A stretch of 64,000 nt of DNA from Antedon mediterranea (GCF_964355755.1 NC_092675.1:28616912-28680911), one strand, 5' to 3'; counted from the stretch's first letter, positions 41,501 to 55,498 are shown. Notes: generated from the sequence alone by a model not told the origin. A program made the numbers and translations.

Positions 41501-44500
41501 GTTGGTAGATAATTTCATCACCTGTGATACAAAACCGGAAAACGATCTATATTATATTGCCAAACAACTGCAAACTCACAGTCACACTAAATCCTGTCGC
41601 AAGTATGGAACAGATTGCAGATTCGGATTCCCACGTTTTCCTAGTGAAAGAACGATCATCGCACAGCCCTTGAACAAATCACAACTGACTGAAGATGAAT
41701 ACAAACAGATACTGGGCAATCATCATACTACACTGGAAGCAGTGAGGAAAACCTTGCTAGATCTGCAGAAAAAGAATAAATTAGACGAAACATCAGTAGA
41801 TCAACTACTGCGATTAGCGGATGTTTCACACGAAGACTATTACAGAGCGCTCGAAGTTAGCGAGAAAGGCACAGTAATTGTACTGAAACGAGTGGTGAAT
41901 GAAATAATGGTCAACAATTACAACAAAGAATGGATACGAGCGTTGAATGGTAATATGGATCTACAGGTCTGTTTGGACTATTATGCAGTGATCACTTATA
42001 TTACCGACTATTACATGAAGGATGATACCGGAACGATGAAATATCTCATAGATGCTGCCAAAGAAATTCGTGGGAGCGATAAAAGTAACCAAGAGAAAAT
42101 GAGATACCTAGCAAGAGTATTCTTGACATACAGAGAGAAATGTAAATTCGAGGCCATTTACCTTATGGATCCTAGCCTTCATCTGACAAATTCCAACATA
42201 AAGCCTGTTTGGGTTGACACTAATCTTCCGGAAAAACGGAGGAAATTCCTCATGCAAATAGATGATGGTGATTACAGTGATGATACAGATCCCGCAATGT
42301 CTGAGCCTGACGATGACGATGACGAGAATAATCGTACAATGAAAAAATCTAACAGAGCAAATAGTAATTTCATTACTATACCTGCCAAAAAAGGTAAATA
42401 CGTTCAGCGAAACCTCTCGATACATGAGAAATTCGAGAAACGACCTGGTCCCATACGTATTATGACCCTTGCTCAGTTCAGCACCATGTATGATACTTGT
42501 CCATTCAGTCAAACGAAAGGAAAAGTCTTTACAGACCGAGTATATGGTGTGAGTGATAAACCTATTGTTACTGCGGATGTGAGACCCACCAAATTCCTAC
42601 CAGCATTGATCAAACTCACTGATACATTGTATATGGAACTACGTCAACGACCAGCTATATTACGTCAACATAAATGCAATCAGATAAAAGAACCACATCA
42701 GTTTGCCTACTCGGAGCTCTTACTTTACTGGCCGTGGCTGAAAGAAAGTGATTGCATAAGCGATGACTTCCAAAAGTGCTTAGACTTGTATGAGAGCAAA
42801 CTAAACAAGATAAACATAGTGGAAAATATGCTATTCCCTCATCGTAACAATGTAGAAGCGGATCGAAACTTCATCGAATCGCAGGATAATGGTCATCGTG
42901 CTAACCATATTGGTGATATGCTGGATCCATCACTGGAACAGGAGAATGATGAACAGCGTGAGATTGGTACAAATGTCAACGTTCAGAACCTAGCAACTGA
43001 ACCAGAGGGTATCGTCGATACAAATGACGAAGTAACCAGTGATCTTGGATCGATATTCAGGCAAATTGACATATCTGATAAAGAACAAATGTGTCAGTCA
43101 GTGACAAAACTTGATGAGGATCAACGACAAGCTTTCAATTGGGTACTGAAATACTTGAGAGATATACGAAAATCTACTCAACTCGGGACCAGGGTAAAAG
43201 ATCCACCACTTTTGGTAGTTCATGGAGGTGCAGGTTCGGGAGAATCAGAGTTGATACGTGTAATAGCACAGTGGGCAGAAGCCACACTGAGAACAGACGA
43301 TGACAGAAATCCCGATCAACCACTTGTGATCCTTGCTGCTCCAAACAGGAACTGCAGCCAGTAACATCAAAGGTCTGACTATGCATACAGCGTTCAATCT
43401 GCCCTTTGGAAACAAATTTATCAGTTTGAATGATAAAAAGCGAGATGCAATGAGATCGTTGTTACAAGGATTGAAGTTAGTCGTGATAGATGAAATGTCA
43501 ATGATAAAAGCAGACCAGTTGTATCAGTTGAATCTACGACTTCAAGAGATATTGGGAAATCAGCGAGACTTTGCTGGAATTTCTATTGTCCTGTTCGGTG
43601 ATCTACTTCAGCTCCGACCCGTATCAGCAAGATATACATTCGATGAGCCATCAAACGAGAATTTCGCTCTTTCTTTCACACTCCGTTCCTTATGGGATCT
43701 CTTTACTATGATAGAGGTACGTTATAACCATCGTCAAGGCGATCATCGCGAATACGCAGCAGTTCTAGGACGTATCCGATATGGCCTGAAAGAACAGCCT
43801 GATATCGATCTCCTGAAAAAGAGAGTTACTAAAGATATCCCCATAGATGGGATACATTTGTTTGGAACTGACGCAGAAGTGAACCATTTCAATGGTGAGA
43901 GACTGAGCGATCTAGAAGGTACTGAATATACGATACATGCGGTAAATATACACCCTACACAGAAAACCTACAAGCCTAAGATCGGTAGAGATGGTTGCGT
44001 GAATAATACACCATTTCAAAGTACACTCAAACTGAAGGAAGGCGCATGCATAATGCTCACATATAACATCCAAATACAGGATCGTTTAGTGAATGGTAAT
44101 ATGGGTACAGTCAGTATTGTGAACACTAAACCAGACAGTAATAACCAGGCAGTTGTTACTGAAGTAATGATCAAGTTTGATGATGAGGAAGTTGGTGAGA
44201 TGTTGAGAAAATCTACTAAAAGAACTGATGGATTGACCGTAATCAAACCAATATCGTATGAGTACTCAATCGGAAGCAAAGAGAAAGAAAACACTACTAG
44301 CGTGAAACTCATTCAGATCCCACTACGACTTGCTACGACTTGCTTGGGGCTGTACCGTGCATAAATTTCAAGGACAGACTATAATAGCGCCAACTATAAT
44401 AGTCGGTCACATGGAGAAGATTTTTCACCCATCACAAGCTTATGTGCTCTTCGGTCGTATTCAGACACAAGATCAGTTGTTCCTAACATGTTTTGATGCG

Positions 44501-45183
44501 GAGAAAATGATAAACGTGAATACAGGCGCACTGCTAACAGCCCAGTTGATAAAAAATTCAGCTATCAACCCTCGATACCGAGAGTGGACTGACGTCAAAT
44601 CAACCAAAACTAAACTAGTGCAGCTGAATATTCGATCATTGCGTAAACATCTAGCTGATATTAGTTCTGATTTCGAACTTATGAATGCAGAGTGCATCTG
44701 CCTTACAGAAACATGGTTATTGAAGAATGTCCAAATTGACATTATACCGCTACCAAGATACAAACTGTTCACATGTAGTGAAGGTCGTGGTAAAGGAGTA
44801 GCAATATACGTGTATCACCTCTTCATTCAGAGGCTAAGAAGAACTATCAAATACTAAAAATCGGCTTGTCAAATTTTGAACTCATCTGTGTTTATAGGTC
44901 TCCAAATAGTTCGATCACAGAATTTACAGAGGCACTTTTACGTTGTATATCAAACAACAAGAAAACCGTAATCTGCGGCGATATAAACACCGATCCTACA
45001 GGAAACAAATTATTTGAAAGTTTGACAAATCTTGGCTTCACGCAAATAATCAACGAATCAACGCACATAGAAGGTAAAATACTGGATCACGTGTACCACA
45101 ACATGGAAAATAACGTTGATCATTTCCTCTATCCAGTATACTATTCTGATCATGATGCAACTTGTTTTAGCTTCCTTGAATGA
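38540..45183 (+). pseudogene. Helentron OTU-ZnF-Rep-PIF1 helicase-APE polyprotein pseudogene
   Basis: OTU-like PDGNxFF..HFDVV; C2H2 finger; HUH motif VEFQKRGAGHIHG; YITDYYMK; Walker A GGAGSGES (K to E); IDEMSM, FGDLLQL, TVHKFQG; APE NIRSL, ETWL, YSDHDA; many frameshifts. Confidence 0.92.
39582..39745 (+). repeat. 45-bp coding tandem repeat inside the Helentron ORF
   Basis: aaaagttatcacgaatctcatcgagatgatatcagcg.taagaag, about 3.5 copies. Confidence 0.85.
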
Positions 45184-48095
45184 ATATTATTGATTATGTT
45201 TATGAATTGATTAAATGATGTTTTTATGAAATCTTATATTATAGTTTATTTCTGCATTGCTTTCATGAATATAATTTATTACCTATCTATGCTATCTATG
45301 TCATAATTTATCTAAATCAATGAAAACAAATGTAGGGTAACCCCAGATATATGAATAGGTTTACAAAATAAAAATAATGAACCCACCCTACAAAATCCTC
45401 ATCAAATCCGTATCGTCTATAAACCCATCCTGATGAAATCCAATTTATGGAATGAACTCACCCTGACAAAATCGTTATCGTCTAAATCTACCCTAAAAAT
45501 CCGTAGCATGCAATGAACTCAACCCTGGAAAATAAGCCGTGTTTCGTATCACTTAAAAAGGATATTTCTTCTTTTCTTCTTTTTTTAAAGGAAATTACTT
45601 GGAGATTCATAATTTTTACAATAATGTCATTTCCGGTTATGTGACGTCACTTCCAGTTTACGAAAATCTTCGGATTATAGACGTGTTTAGTATCTTTGAA
45701 AAGAAAATCACTTTGAGATTTCATAATTTACTGTAATTATGCCATTTCCGGTTATGTGACGTAACTTTTCGGAATATAGCCGTATTTGGTAGCGAGGTTA
45801 TTTTTTTTATTATAGCGAGTGTATGTGACGTTACATCCCGTCTTATTTATAACGTCATTACAGCTTCTTTTGCTGTACCCCGAGTATCGCACATTCGTGC
45901 TTGTTTATTTGGTATATCACACAATCCACACACCTTTTGTTTTATATTTGTTTAAAGTCAAACCAGACGACTTACAGAAAATATCAACTTCGTTAAAAAA
46001 GTATTTCAGACTATTTCCATCTTGTGTAAAAATTACCGTGTCATCAGCTAGTTGGGCAATCTTAATTATATTATTGTCATTCTTCTCTATGCTCTTTAGT
46101 GCAATACTTGTGCATTGAGGGTTATCTCTTACATTTACTGCCATTAATTCTACTTATATACTAGTATGAATAATAAAGCAGAAAAAAGACATCCTTGGCG
46201 TACGCCACATTTCATGTTAAAACTTTCAGATACATATCCGTTATTTGTTATTACGCATTCGGTATCTGTGTATATTGTTTTTATCCAATTAATTAAAGAA
46301 TTTCCAAAACCAAAGTGAACCAGCACTTTAAGTATTACATTTCTATGTAAAGAATCAAAAGCTTTAGCAAAATCTAAAAATAAAATTTCTCCAGGTTTGT
46401 TTTTGTTACTTGAGTAATTTAGTATGTCTTCAACTAATCTTACGTTTTCACCTCCAAACCTGCCAAATATATATCCTTTTTGGTCATGATTAATTATAGA
46501 TCCTATTATTTTTTGTAATCTATTACATAGAACATGTGTCATTATCTTATAGCCAACGTTTAATAGAGTTTATGGGTCTCTAATTATCAAGACTCTCTCT
46601 TTGCCTTTTTTTAAATATTAAGTTTATTATTCCTCTCCTTTGAGTGTTAGATAATCTTTAGAGGGATCGAGTATGAATAATTCAGTGCATTACATACAAT
46701 CACTTTAATATAAACCCAAAACTTAAGGTAAAACTCAACACTTAAGCCGTCTGTTCCAGGGCTTTTATTAATTTTTATTTTAAAGACTGCTTTTGTACAT
46801 TCTTCCTTCTTCGGTTAACAGTCTTTCACATTTAGAATTTTCTTCTTTTGATAACTTTTTAACCTTAGAATTTTGATAAGTATGTATTTATTCTTTCGAC
46901 TGGAATATGTTTATTTTTATATAATTTTTTGTAGTATTTAAGTTTAACCTGTTCTTCTAAAATTTCATCTATTTCTGTTGTTATTTTACCATTATTCTTC
47001 AACAAAGACGTAATATGTTTTCTTTTAGCATTATTCTTTCTAATCCTAAGAAAAAATTATTGTTTTCTCTTCTCGAACCATTCGATTCTTGATCTTATCT
47101 TAGCTCCGTCTGCTTCTATGGAGTATACATCACTTAACTCTTTTCTTTTTTTATCAATTTTTTTTCTCAATTTTCTCGTCATACAGTATATTTAACGTAG
47201 TGGTAAGCTCCTTAACCTCTTTAATTAATTTGTACTTATTCGAATTTCTTTCTTTTTTCTTTCTTTCACAATATTTACAAAAAAATTCTTTTATTTTAAC
47301 TTTTAGATGCTCCCATTGCAAATCTGGGGTTAAATTGTGTTTATTTTGTTGTGTATCTTTAATCATAGAGATTATACGTTCAACATACACATCATCTTTT
47401 AAAATATTGTTATTTAGTTTCCAGATACCTGGTCCTTTTTTTAAGTGGTTGGTGACAATTTTAAGAGAAATTGCCTGGTGATGGGATAGAATTGATGGTC
47501 TGATATCTGTAGTACAAATTTTTAAAACCGTTTTTATAAAGGGAGTTGGATACACACCTTATATCTAGTCTTCCAAAAGTATCTTTTTTTCCTCCAATTG
47601 AACTGGGTTTCATTCTTGTGGCATTCCCTCCATATGTCTATTATTTTTTTTTTATAATACATTTTTTTTAAACAGTTGGAGACTTGTCATATTTAGGCGT
47701 AGGTAGACTATTTCTCTGATCTAGATTATGTTGCAAAATGCAATTAACATCTCCTCCCATTACAACGTATTCATCTTTTATGTTACATAAGTTATCAATT
47801 TTTCTTTTCGAAAAAAGGAGGTTCTTTCTTTATAGTTGTTTGGAGCATATATATTTATAAAGTTATACATTTTTTTATTGTGTTCTAAATTTAAGATCAG
47901 AATTCTGCCTTCTTCATCTATATATTTACAAACTATTGTATTTAATAAACATATTTAAAGTGTTTTGTAAAATTTGAATCTGTTTAATCATGCAATTTTA
48001 CAAGACAATAAATCATACATACATTTTTATAAATGTAGGACTTAAAAATTATGTTAAAACTTTTAAATGTGATTCATTCGTGTTTCTTTTTTCAG

Positions 48096-48108
48096 ATATT
48101 TGACAACC
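48096..48108 (+). pseudogene. Remnant of deleted LRR exon C
   Basis: Acceptor identical to that of exon F (gattcattcgtgtttcttttttcag|atatttgac), then jumps to downstream intron-like sequence; exon body and donor are missing. Confidence 0.7.
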
Positions 48109-48223
48109 TACTTTTGTGTTATTATATTCTTTTTTCATTAATAATTGTTGATGATAATAATTGTAATTTATTGTAAAATAATTATAAAATAACTAATGTG
48201 AGTCATTCCTTTTTTTTTTGCAG

Positions 48224-48295
48224 AGTATTGTTTAGCAACCAATTTAGTAATTTACCAGCTGATATATTTCAGGGTTTGAACAATTTGCAACTGTT
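48224..48295 (+). CDS. LRR exon D (72 bp): VLFSNQFSNLPADIFQGLNNLQLL
   Basis: tttgcag acceptor, gtaagt donor. Confidence 0.9.
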
Positions 48296-48648
48296 GTAAG
48301 TATGTTTGTACTTTTTGTGTTATTATATTTTTGTTTCATTAATAATTGACGATAAAAAAAAATTTTATATTATATTATTATTTTATAAATTAAATAACTC
48401 AGGAGTAAGTGGATCATATTTTGAAAATTCTTTTAATATAGATAAAAAATACTTTTAATTTAATGGACATATTTAAAATGTTGTTATTTGTAAAATATGA
48501 ATCTGTTTAAACTTGCAATTTTACAAGATACTAAATCATACATAAATTGTCATAAATGTTTGGCTTTAAAATTAACTAAAGAAAACACATTGAATATGTT
48601 CATTAAATACATGAAATAACTAATGTGATTCTTTCTTTCTTTTTGCAG

Positions 48649-48720
48649 ATATTTGATAAACAACCAACTTAGTAATTTACCATCTGATCTATTTAATGGA
48701 TTGGGTAATTTGCAATACTT
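48649..48720 (+). CDS. LRR exon E (72 bp): YLINNQLSNLPSDLFNGLGNLQYL
   Basis: tttgcag acceptor, gtaagt donor; paralog of exon A. Confidence 0.9.
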
Positions 48721-49065
48721 GTAAGTATGTTTGTACACATTGTGTTATTATTATTCTGTAATTTATTGTAAACTAATTATGAAATACCGAATTTAAGTGA
48801 GTCATATTTAGAACATTCTTTTAGTATAAATCAAAAATATTTAAGATGTTTGTTCTAACAAATTATTGTATTTAATGTTTTTTGTAATATGAATCTGTTT
48901 AAACTTGCAGTTTTACAAGATACTAGATCATACGTAAATGTTTGGCTTAAAAATTAAGTTAAAACACTAAAGAAAACAGGAAACAAAGTATAGTGAAATC
49001 ATGGTAACGTCAAATGTAGATAAATTTCACTTTTAAATGTGATTCATTCGTGTTTCTTTTTTCAG

Positions 49066-49137
49066 ATATTTGACTTACAACCAATTTAGTAATTTACCCG
49101 CTAAAATATTTCAGGGTTTGAACAAATTGCAACGGTT
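49066..49137 (+). CDS. LRR exon F (72 bp): YLTYNQFSNLPAKIFQGLNKLQRL
   Basis: ttcag acceptor, gtaagt donor; paralog of exon B. Confidence 0.9.
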
Positions 49138-49273
49138 GTAAGTATGTTTGTATATTCTTGTTTCATTCATAATTGGCGATAATAATAATTGTAATTATTA
49201 TTATAATTATAATTAAATTTATTATAAAATAATTATGAAATAACTAATGTGATTCTTTTTTTTCTTTTTGCAG

Positions 49274-49345
49274 ATGTATGCATAACAACCAAATTAGTAA
49301 TTTACCAGCTGATATATTTCAGGGTCTGAACAATTTGCAATGGTT
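49274..49345 (+). CDS. LRR exon G (72 bp): CMHNNQISNLPADIFQGLNNLQWL
   Basis: tttgcag acceptor, gtaagt donor. Confidence 0.9.
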
Positions 49346-49767
49346 GTAAGTATGTTTTGATGTACATTGTGTTATTATAATCTTATTTTATTACTAATTT
49401 TTGCCTAATAATAATAATCGTTATCAGACTACTTACGTCTGTATTAATGGTCACGCATGCCTTGATACTTCAAATCGTTCTTTATTTTATTTTTTTCATT
49501 TTTTATATGTTTTTATTCTGTATTTCGAATTGTTTATTATCATTTTATAAAAATGTTCACAATCTTTAAAATATTGTTTGTCTACCAGATGTCTATTTTT
49601 CCCCATTAAAAAAATGATATCTTACTGGAATTCATTACATATTTACAAGCACAACAAACATGTAAATTATATTTTGTGGAGTTTTAACGATATATTAGCC
49701 TACATATGATATTATATGAAGGAGAGCTTGTTCACGTCCGTCTCTCATGACATCCAATGACTTATTG

Positions 49768-52704
49768 GGTTTTTTTTGTCTTGTGTGGGTTCGTCCCACT
49801 TTTATTATAGTTCTCTGTTATAAATATGATAATTTATATATATGCACATTTATGTATTTCTCTTATTTATAAGGTACATTGCTAAAAAAATACACATTTT
49901 TTGAACAGTATATACATAGGCTAAGATTATTTTGATGTTAAAAAGAAACCACATTTACATACATATACATTTTTTTAAATACAATTAGTTAAAATATGTC
50001 GATGGCAATAAAATGACGATAAAAATTGATTTAAAAAAAACGTACTTATGAAAAAGTGATTATTGTTGTTTTATTCTGTTCGTGTTCGTGTCTGGGTAGA
50101 GAGGCTATAAACTCAGGGGAAGAATATAAAGTATCTTCCCTTTTCACCAAGAAAAAATGGATGAGATGAAAACGAAGAATGCAAAACCTTGAAAAAAGGG
50201 TGTTTAGAATGGATAGGATGGAATGATATATATAATGAAAACCGTAAGGGAGAGTCCATACAAAGTGCAAGTCCAAGGTAATATTTTGGCTCTGTGTGTA
50301 TGCGAGACGCTTCATACCCGGATGACATAAAAGTAATATAGTTACTAGGCCTATAGACAATATATTTAAGAGATACAAATACAAAGCATTTTTTTATTTC
50401 ATTAATTTAAGGAGATTTTGCTTTATATCTCCCCATTTACATTGAGCTTTAAAGTAGTAGCACTTATACTCATTTTCAATTAAATGCTTTACTTCTGTAA
50501 TAAAAAGATTCCAGATCTTTTTTTCATAGTTGTTTCCTTTTTTTTCAGGTTTTGTTAATATATGCAACTTATATATAGAGAATACAAATAATGAAATCAA
50601 TGCATTATATTTGGTCTTCGTTTGAAAAGCTCTTAGCTATGACATTTTTAAATTTGAGCCATATCCATTGAATTACACTGCATTTATATAACATGTGTTT
50701 GTCAGTTTCAACCTTGTTTATACATTTATCACATAAATCATTACCTGCTAAGTTCCAGATTTTCAATCGTTTTTTACATGGTAGTATTCTATGCAGAAGT
50801 TTAAAATTAAATTGAGCAACTTTGGGTATATGTTTTAGTCTATAAACTTTATAGTACCAAACATTACTCCAATCAATGTCTACCTTACCCAGTTCTATTT
50901 CCCATTTTATTTATGAATTTGGTATTTTATCTATTAATAAAATGATTATAGAAGACGGTTCCTTTATTTTTAGTCGCGTGGAAGCGACTCTATAGTTCAC
51001 TATGTCGGTCGGTCGGTCGGTCTGTCGGTCTGTCGGTCCGGTATCGCTATGCGTTTTATCGCTTTCTGACCTTATCTTGATATCAGTTTAATCTAGCTAG
51101 GTCAATTTTTCACAGTATATTCCTTATGGCCAGGAATCGATGTGGTTATGTTTTCACGGTGCGCAATAAAAAATTACGCGGTCTACGCATGATTTAACGA
51201 AATCACGTTTGTAATCATATCTTCACAACCATGAATCACAATTAAATAAAATTTGGTATTTGGTAAATTTCAGGGCATAAATCATCATATGGCAATACAA
51301 TTACGTGCGTAGCGCATGTAACGCATGCGTACGCGCGCTTAAAATTTTCAAAATTTATTTTCGATGAAATAAGAGTACGTTTCAGGCAATTTTAAGCGTT
51401 TACAAAATTGCCATGAGTGCGCATATTTTTGCGTGCGCACTGCGCGTTAAATGTTATTGCGCACTCTTTTTGCCCGATTTCTGTTTTCTTGACTTACTTT
51501 TCATCTCGAAATTACGTTATACGAGCACGTCAAAAGTGACGGGCTACGCACGTGTAAATTTAAAAAAATATAAATGTTTTTAAACATTTCAACATTTTTA
51601 AACATGTTCAGTAATTTCGGTCAGTATAGTTCACTATGTCGGTCGGTCGGTCGGTCTGTCTGTCGGTCTGTCGGTCTGTCTGTCGGTCCGGTATCACTAT
51701 GCATTGTAGCACGCGACTTAATGGCTGTTGGCCTTGTTCATATAAAGTCGTAGACTAGGAATACTATTGTCTTCCTTTTTTGTATTATCTTTTTCAATAA
51801 TTTCTTTCCACTCTTTTGGTATGGCTTTTAACAATTGCATATATTCAATTAAGGCGTTATGCCTTTTATACAGTTTAGGAAATATTTCACAAGGTGAAAG
51901 TACTCTATCATTCATGTAAATATCTCCGATTGTTTTAAACCCAGAAGATAACCATACTTTAAAATACATAGATTTGTTGTTCAATATGATATGTCTGTTT
52001 TCCCATAATTGTTGGCTTTTTATTTTCATAGTAGTTTTGGTTTTACATGTATGATATTGTTTAATTTTACAACAGACTTCGTCATATTTCTATAAAATAA
52101 AGGCATACTGCCTAAGTTAGCATGCTCTTCTAAATTCAACTGCGTTATATTAACTGTATATTCAATAGGTTGGTAAAACTTTGGAATGCATTTCCATTTA
52201 CCTGGATCTGGGCTTAAGAGTCTCTTAACCCAGGTTAGTTTGAAAGATTCTATCACCGAAGTAAGATCTGGCATATTCAAACCACCTTCTTCCACATTTC
52301 TAATTAATGTTGTTTGTTTAATTTTTTCTTTTTTATTTCCCCAAAGGAAGTCATATAACAGTGTTTCTATTTTTGCAATTATTTCCTTAGGCACCTCAAT
52401 CCTTGATATTGCTAGTGTTTTTATAATAGTAATTTTACCAAAAAAACTTAGGTTAAGTCTTTTCCATAATTTTAATACATTTTCTAAGTTAGTAATTTTT
52501 TTCTCCCTATTTCTGTATTCACATAATTGTTTATCATAACCTACATGTATTCCTAGAAATTGTACTGGTTCACTGGACCATACAATATTGAATGGTTTTG
52601 ACATATCATTTTTGTTTGAACCAATCCACATACCATTTGTCTTATTTTTATTTAGTTTTAATCCTGACACTCTACAGAATAGATCAATTTCATCAAAAAA
52701 ATAT
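49768..52704 (-). mobile_element. L1/Tx1-type LINE #2, 5'-truncated
   Basis: 10-bp TSD tgacttattg (49758-49767 and 52705-52714); post-RT ORF2 (SGLKLN..K, FLGI, FLWG, GGLNMP, LWENRHI); short polyA. Confidence 0.88.
50967..51738 (+). mobile_element. HINE/DINE-1-like element, copy 1
   Basis: Subterminal IR agtcgcgtg/cacgcgact, (gtcg/gtct)n microsatellites, TT ends, no TSD. Confidence 0.8.
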
Positions 52705-53957
52705 TGACTTATTGTTTGTTTAAACTTTAGTACTAATTTTTTCAATTCAATTCAATAGACATTTATTTACAAAATCTGAATACATACAGAAGGAAAACAA
52801 GAAACAGGATTGTACAGAATTATAAAAGTATATCAGAAAATGAAGGCAAGAGCCCTAAAAGATGTTTGTAACATATCATAATTCTTTATTCACCAAAAGG
52901 CAAAACGGTATAAACAAATAGCTTTCGCTAGTCAATGTTTTACACCTGATTAACAAATATTATACTGTTCAGTGCAAACGATTTTGATAATATAATTATA
53001 CAATAATGTGAAAAAAAACCACAATAATGACAAAAAGAAAGAGGTGGGCCAGCATTAATCAGTATCTCGATAATAGTAGTTCAGTTATATTTTTTACGAA
53101 ATTAATTTTTCATGTATTATTTTTTATGTCGAGTGATAAATTATCCCAAAATTTTGTGCCAGTAAACGAAATTCTAAATTGACCTGCCATAGTACGGGCT
53201 TTTGGGATAGATAGGTTTTTACCTTGTTTAAATCAGGGAGTTGTTGTTGTTATTAGATGGAGTAACAACAAATTTATCAACTGATCTACAGCCAATAAGC
53301 GACGAGCGGTATACAGGAACCTCAAAGGATTATGCAGTCAACTGGCACTAATTTCCTGCCTTTTGTTTGGAGTCTACTTTGCCGACGATGCCAGGCCCTC
53401 TATCGCCGGGATTCGTCCATTTTGAGTAAAGACTTTCGATGCATTCCTGACAAACAAACATTGTAGGCATGCGCAGATGATTCCTTCTTCGTCTGTAGCT
53501 TTACAATTTGTTTACGTCATTAGAGAATTCTGCAATATATATTTTACAAAAAACCGCTTTAAATTCCGACCTTTCGTTAAAAAGTTACGATAATTCAAAA
53601 TGTACGTTCATCTGTTTGTTTGTAGACCTTCTTTCGTGATTTTCAGAGACTTTTGGTAAGTTTTAAAGTTAATATTTGATATTTTCCGCACGTTTCTCCA
53701 TTTTAACACCAGCGCTAATATTTAAAAGAGTATGTCTTCTATCATTCTCTTGATATCTTATTTTCTTACAGTTTCTTACATAATCGTAATTTTGGTTAAA
53801 ATACAACATGTTTTTATAGGTGTGGGCATGTTGTCAGTAGTGATAAACGCCAGCGTGTAATCTGGGTAATTAACACCCTCCGATCGTATGTTTGTTGGCG
53901 GCTGGAATCGCCGATTCTGGTGATGCACTAGGTACACCACCAGGGCCTAGGCCTAGC

Positions 53958-53986
53958 CAGGGAGATGGTCTAATAACAAATCCCTG
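53958..53986. mobile_element. 29-bp TIR-only footprint of the same family
   Basis: cagggagatggt + ctaataacaaatccctg flanked by 7-bp TSD gcctagc. Confidence 0.8.
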
Positions 53987-54211
53987 GCCTAGCCCTCTCC
54001 CATAAATAGGCCTAGGCCCCTGCACGTATGCTAGGCGGGGAATTACCTATATAACTAAGCATAGCCTATAGAATAGGCCTATATAATTATAGGATGTCCA
54101 CTATAAATAATAATTAATATTAATACAACTCTATGACTATGTATGAATGTACTGACTGTAATTTATTTTGTTGTCTTCCTGTTATTCATTATAGGAATTT
54201 GTACTGTAATA

Positions 54212-54607
54212 ATGGAAATACAGGCTATTTGTCGTTTATGTGGGCGAGAGACTGCTGCATCTGACTCAAGACGTCTAATTTTGAAATCTGATTATTCAGA
54301 TTTAATCCAGCGTGCACTACAAGTAGATGTGAACACGGATATTCTCCCACCATACAGTTGTAACAACTGTAGAGTAAAACTTGACACATGGAAGAAGAAT
54401 ATGCGCTCTAAAAAGAAGGATGTAAAAATTGGAATAAACCTTGCTGATTTTGATTCCAGTGAAAAACAGACAGAAGAATCTTTTTTCTGTGAGGCAGCAG
54501 TAGTTGCATTGCATCTCAAATGGGATGCATTCTTTGGAAAGGAGAAGACAAACACATGTTTACAAACATTGTTATTTGTACATGATTGTACATGTATTTA
54601 TTTTTAA
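54212..54607 (+). pseudogene. N-terminal C2C2 zinc finger (RAG1-N/Chapaev or zf-AD-like), truncated transposase
   Basis: MEIQAICRLCG..LQVDVNTDILPPYSCNNC; acceptor at 54194 and upstream donor at about 53656. Confidence 0.6.
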
Positions 54608-54689
54608 ATATGTATTTAATACAAAGAATTAAAAAATGACTCAGTATATCGATTATTTTTATTTACAGTATATCATTCATTAAAAGCCT

Positions 54690-55498
54690 TGGTTACATTT
54701 AGATATACAGTACTGTACAGTACTTGATTTTTTCTTCTGCACTGTAGCCTCTTTCTTCTTTGTCTGTGCAGGGAGTTCCCTGGTCTGTGCAGGAACATCT
54801 TTGTCTAGAATTGAAAAAAAAAACAATTAACATAACTCCCTGGTCATACATTTAATCAGGCGTTGTCAATTTAACTCCCGGCATTTGTTAACAAATGAAA
54901 AATACATAAATCTTCCCAATTGTCAGTAGTGACAGCCCAGGTCATAATTAATAAATGGAAATAATACTGCATCATCAGAAAGTTGTTTTTATTGGGGTAG
55001 GCCTAGCCCCTAGTTGACCGTCCCTCCCTTCCTTCCTGATGAAATATTAAAGTTCAATGAATAAATACCTGTAAAAAAAAGGCAACGTAAAAGGCCTCCT
55101 TTCTTTCCTAGAGATTCTAGCTAGGAACGGTAGGCTGCAGTAGTATCAAATATTGAATAGGCTACACCAGTATACTAACCTGTTTTTTGAGTAGTAGTAC
55201 TACTACTAGGTCGCTTAACACTAGGCCTACTTGAGCCAGGCCTATGCCCAATATTATTAACGTCGTGTTGTGTTGACAGCATTGCTCACAAACCCATTTG
55301 CCAGCTGGAACTTCAGAAGATGTGAGCAGTGAGCTTCACACATTCAAAATGGAACCATTCATTAGGACATGCTTTTCCTTCACAAGCGATCATTTGATCG
55401 TCAGAACTTTCCCCACATGGGCAATACATTGGCACATTTTCATTTAGATCAACATCTTCTAAATCGCTATCATCTAAATCGGAAAAGTCTACGTACAT
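54690..55498 (-). pseudogene. Small acidic-stretch plus ING-type PHD finger gene, frameshifted
   Basis: YCPCG..MIACE..CPNEWFHFECV then, after a 7-bp duplication at 55321-55334, VPAGKWVCEQC; possible intron 55179-54805. Confidence 0.7.

Larger units (their letters stand above)
37602..45905 (+). mobile_element. Helentron (endonuclease-bearing Helitron), full-length but decayed
   Basis: Subterminal IR tcggggtac/gtaccccga, 3' hairpin gcacattcgtgc, T-rich insertion site, no TSD. Confidence 0.9.
37371..45921 (+). mobile_element. Solo LTR of about 250 bp split by the Helentron
   Basis: tgtagtg...tatcaca termini, 5-bp TSD caatc (37366-37370 and 45922-45926), internal tataa and aataaa. Confidence 0.8.

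Noticed and set aside
41490-44857. Host PIF1 helicase gene or active Helentron
   Set aside because: Fused to HUH Rep and APE inside Helentron ends, intronless, frameshifted, and the Walker A lysine is lost
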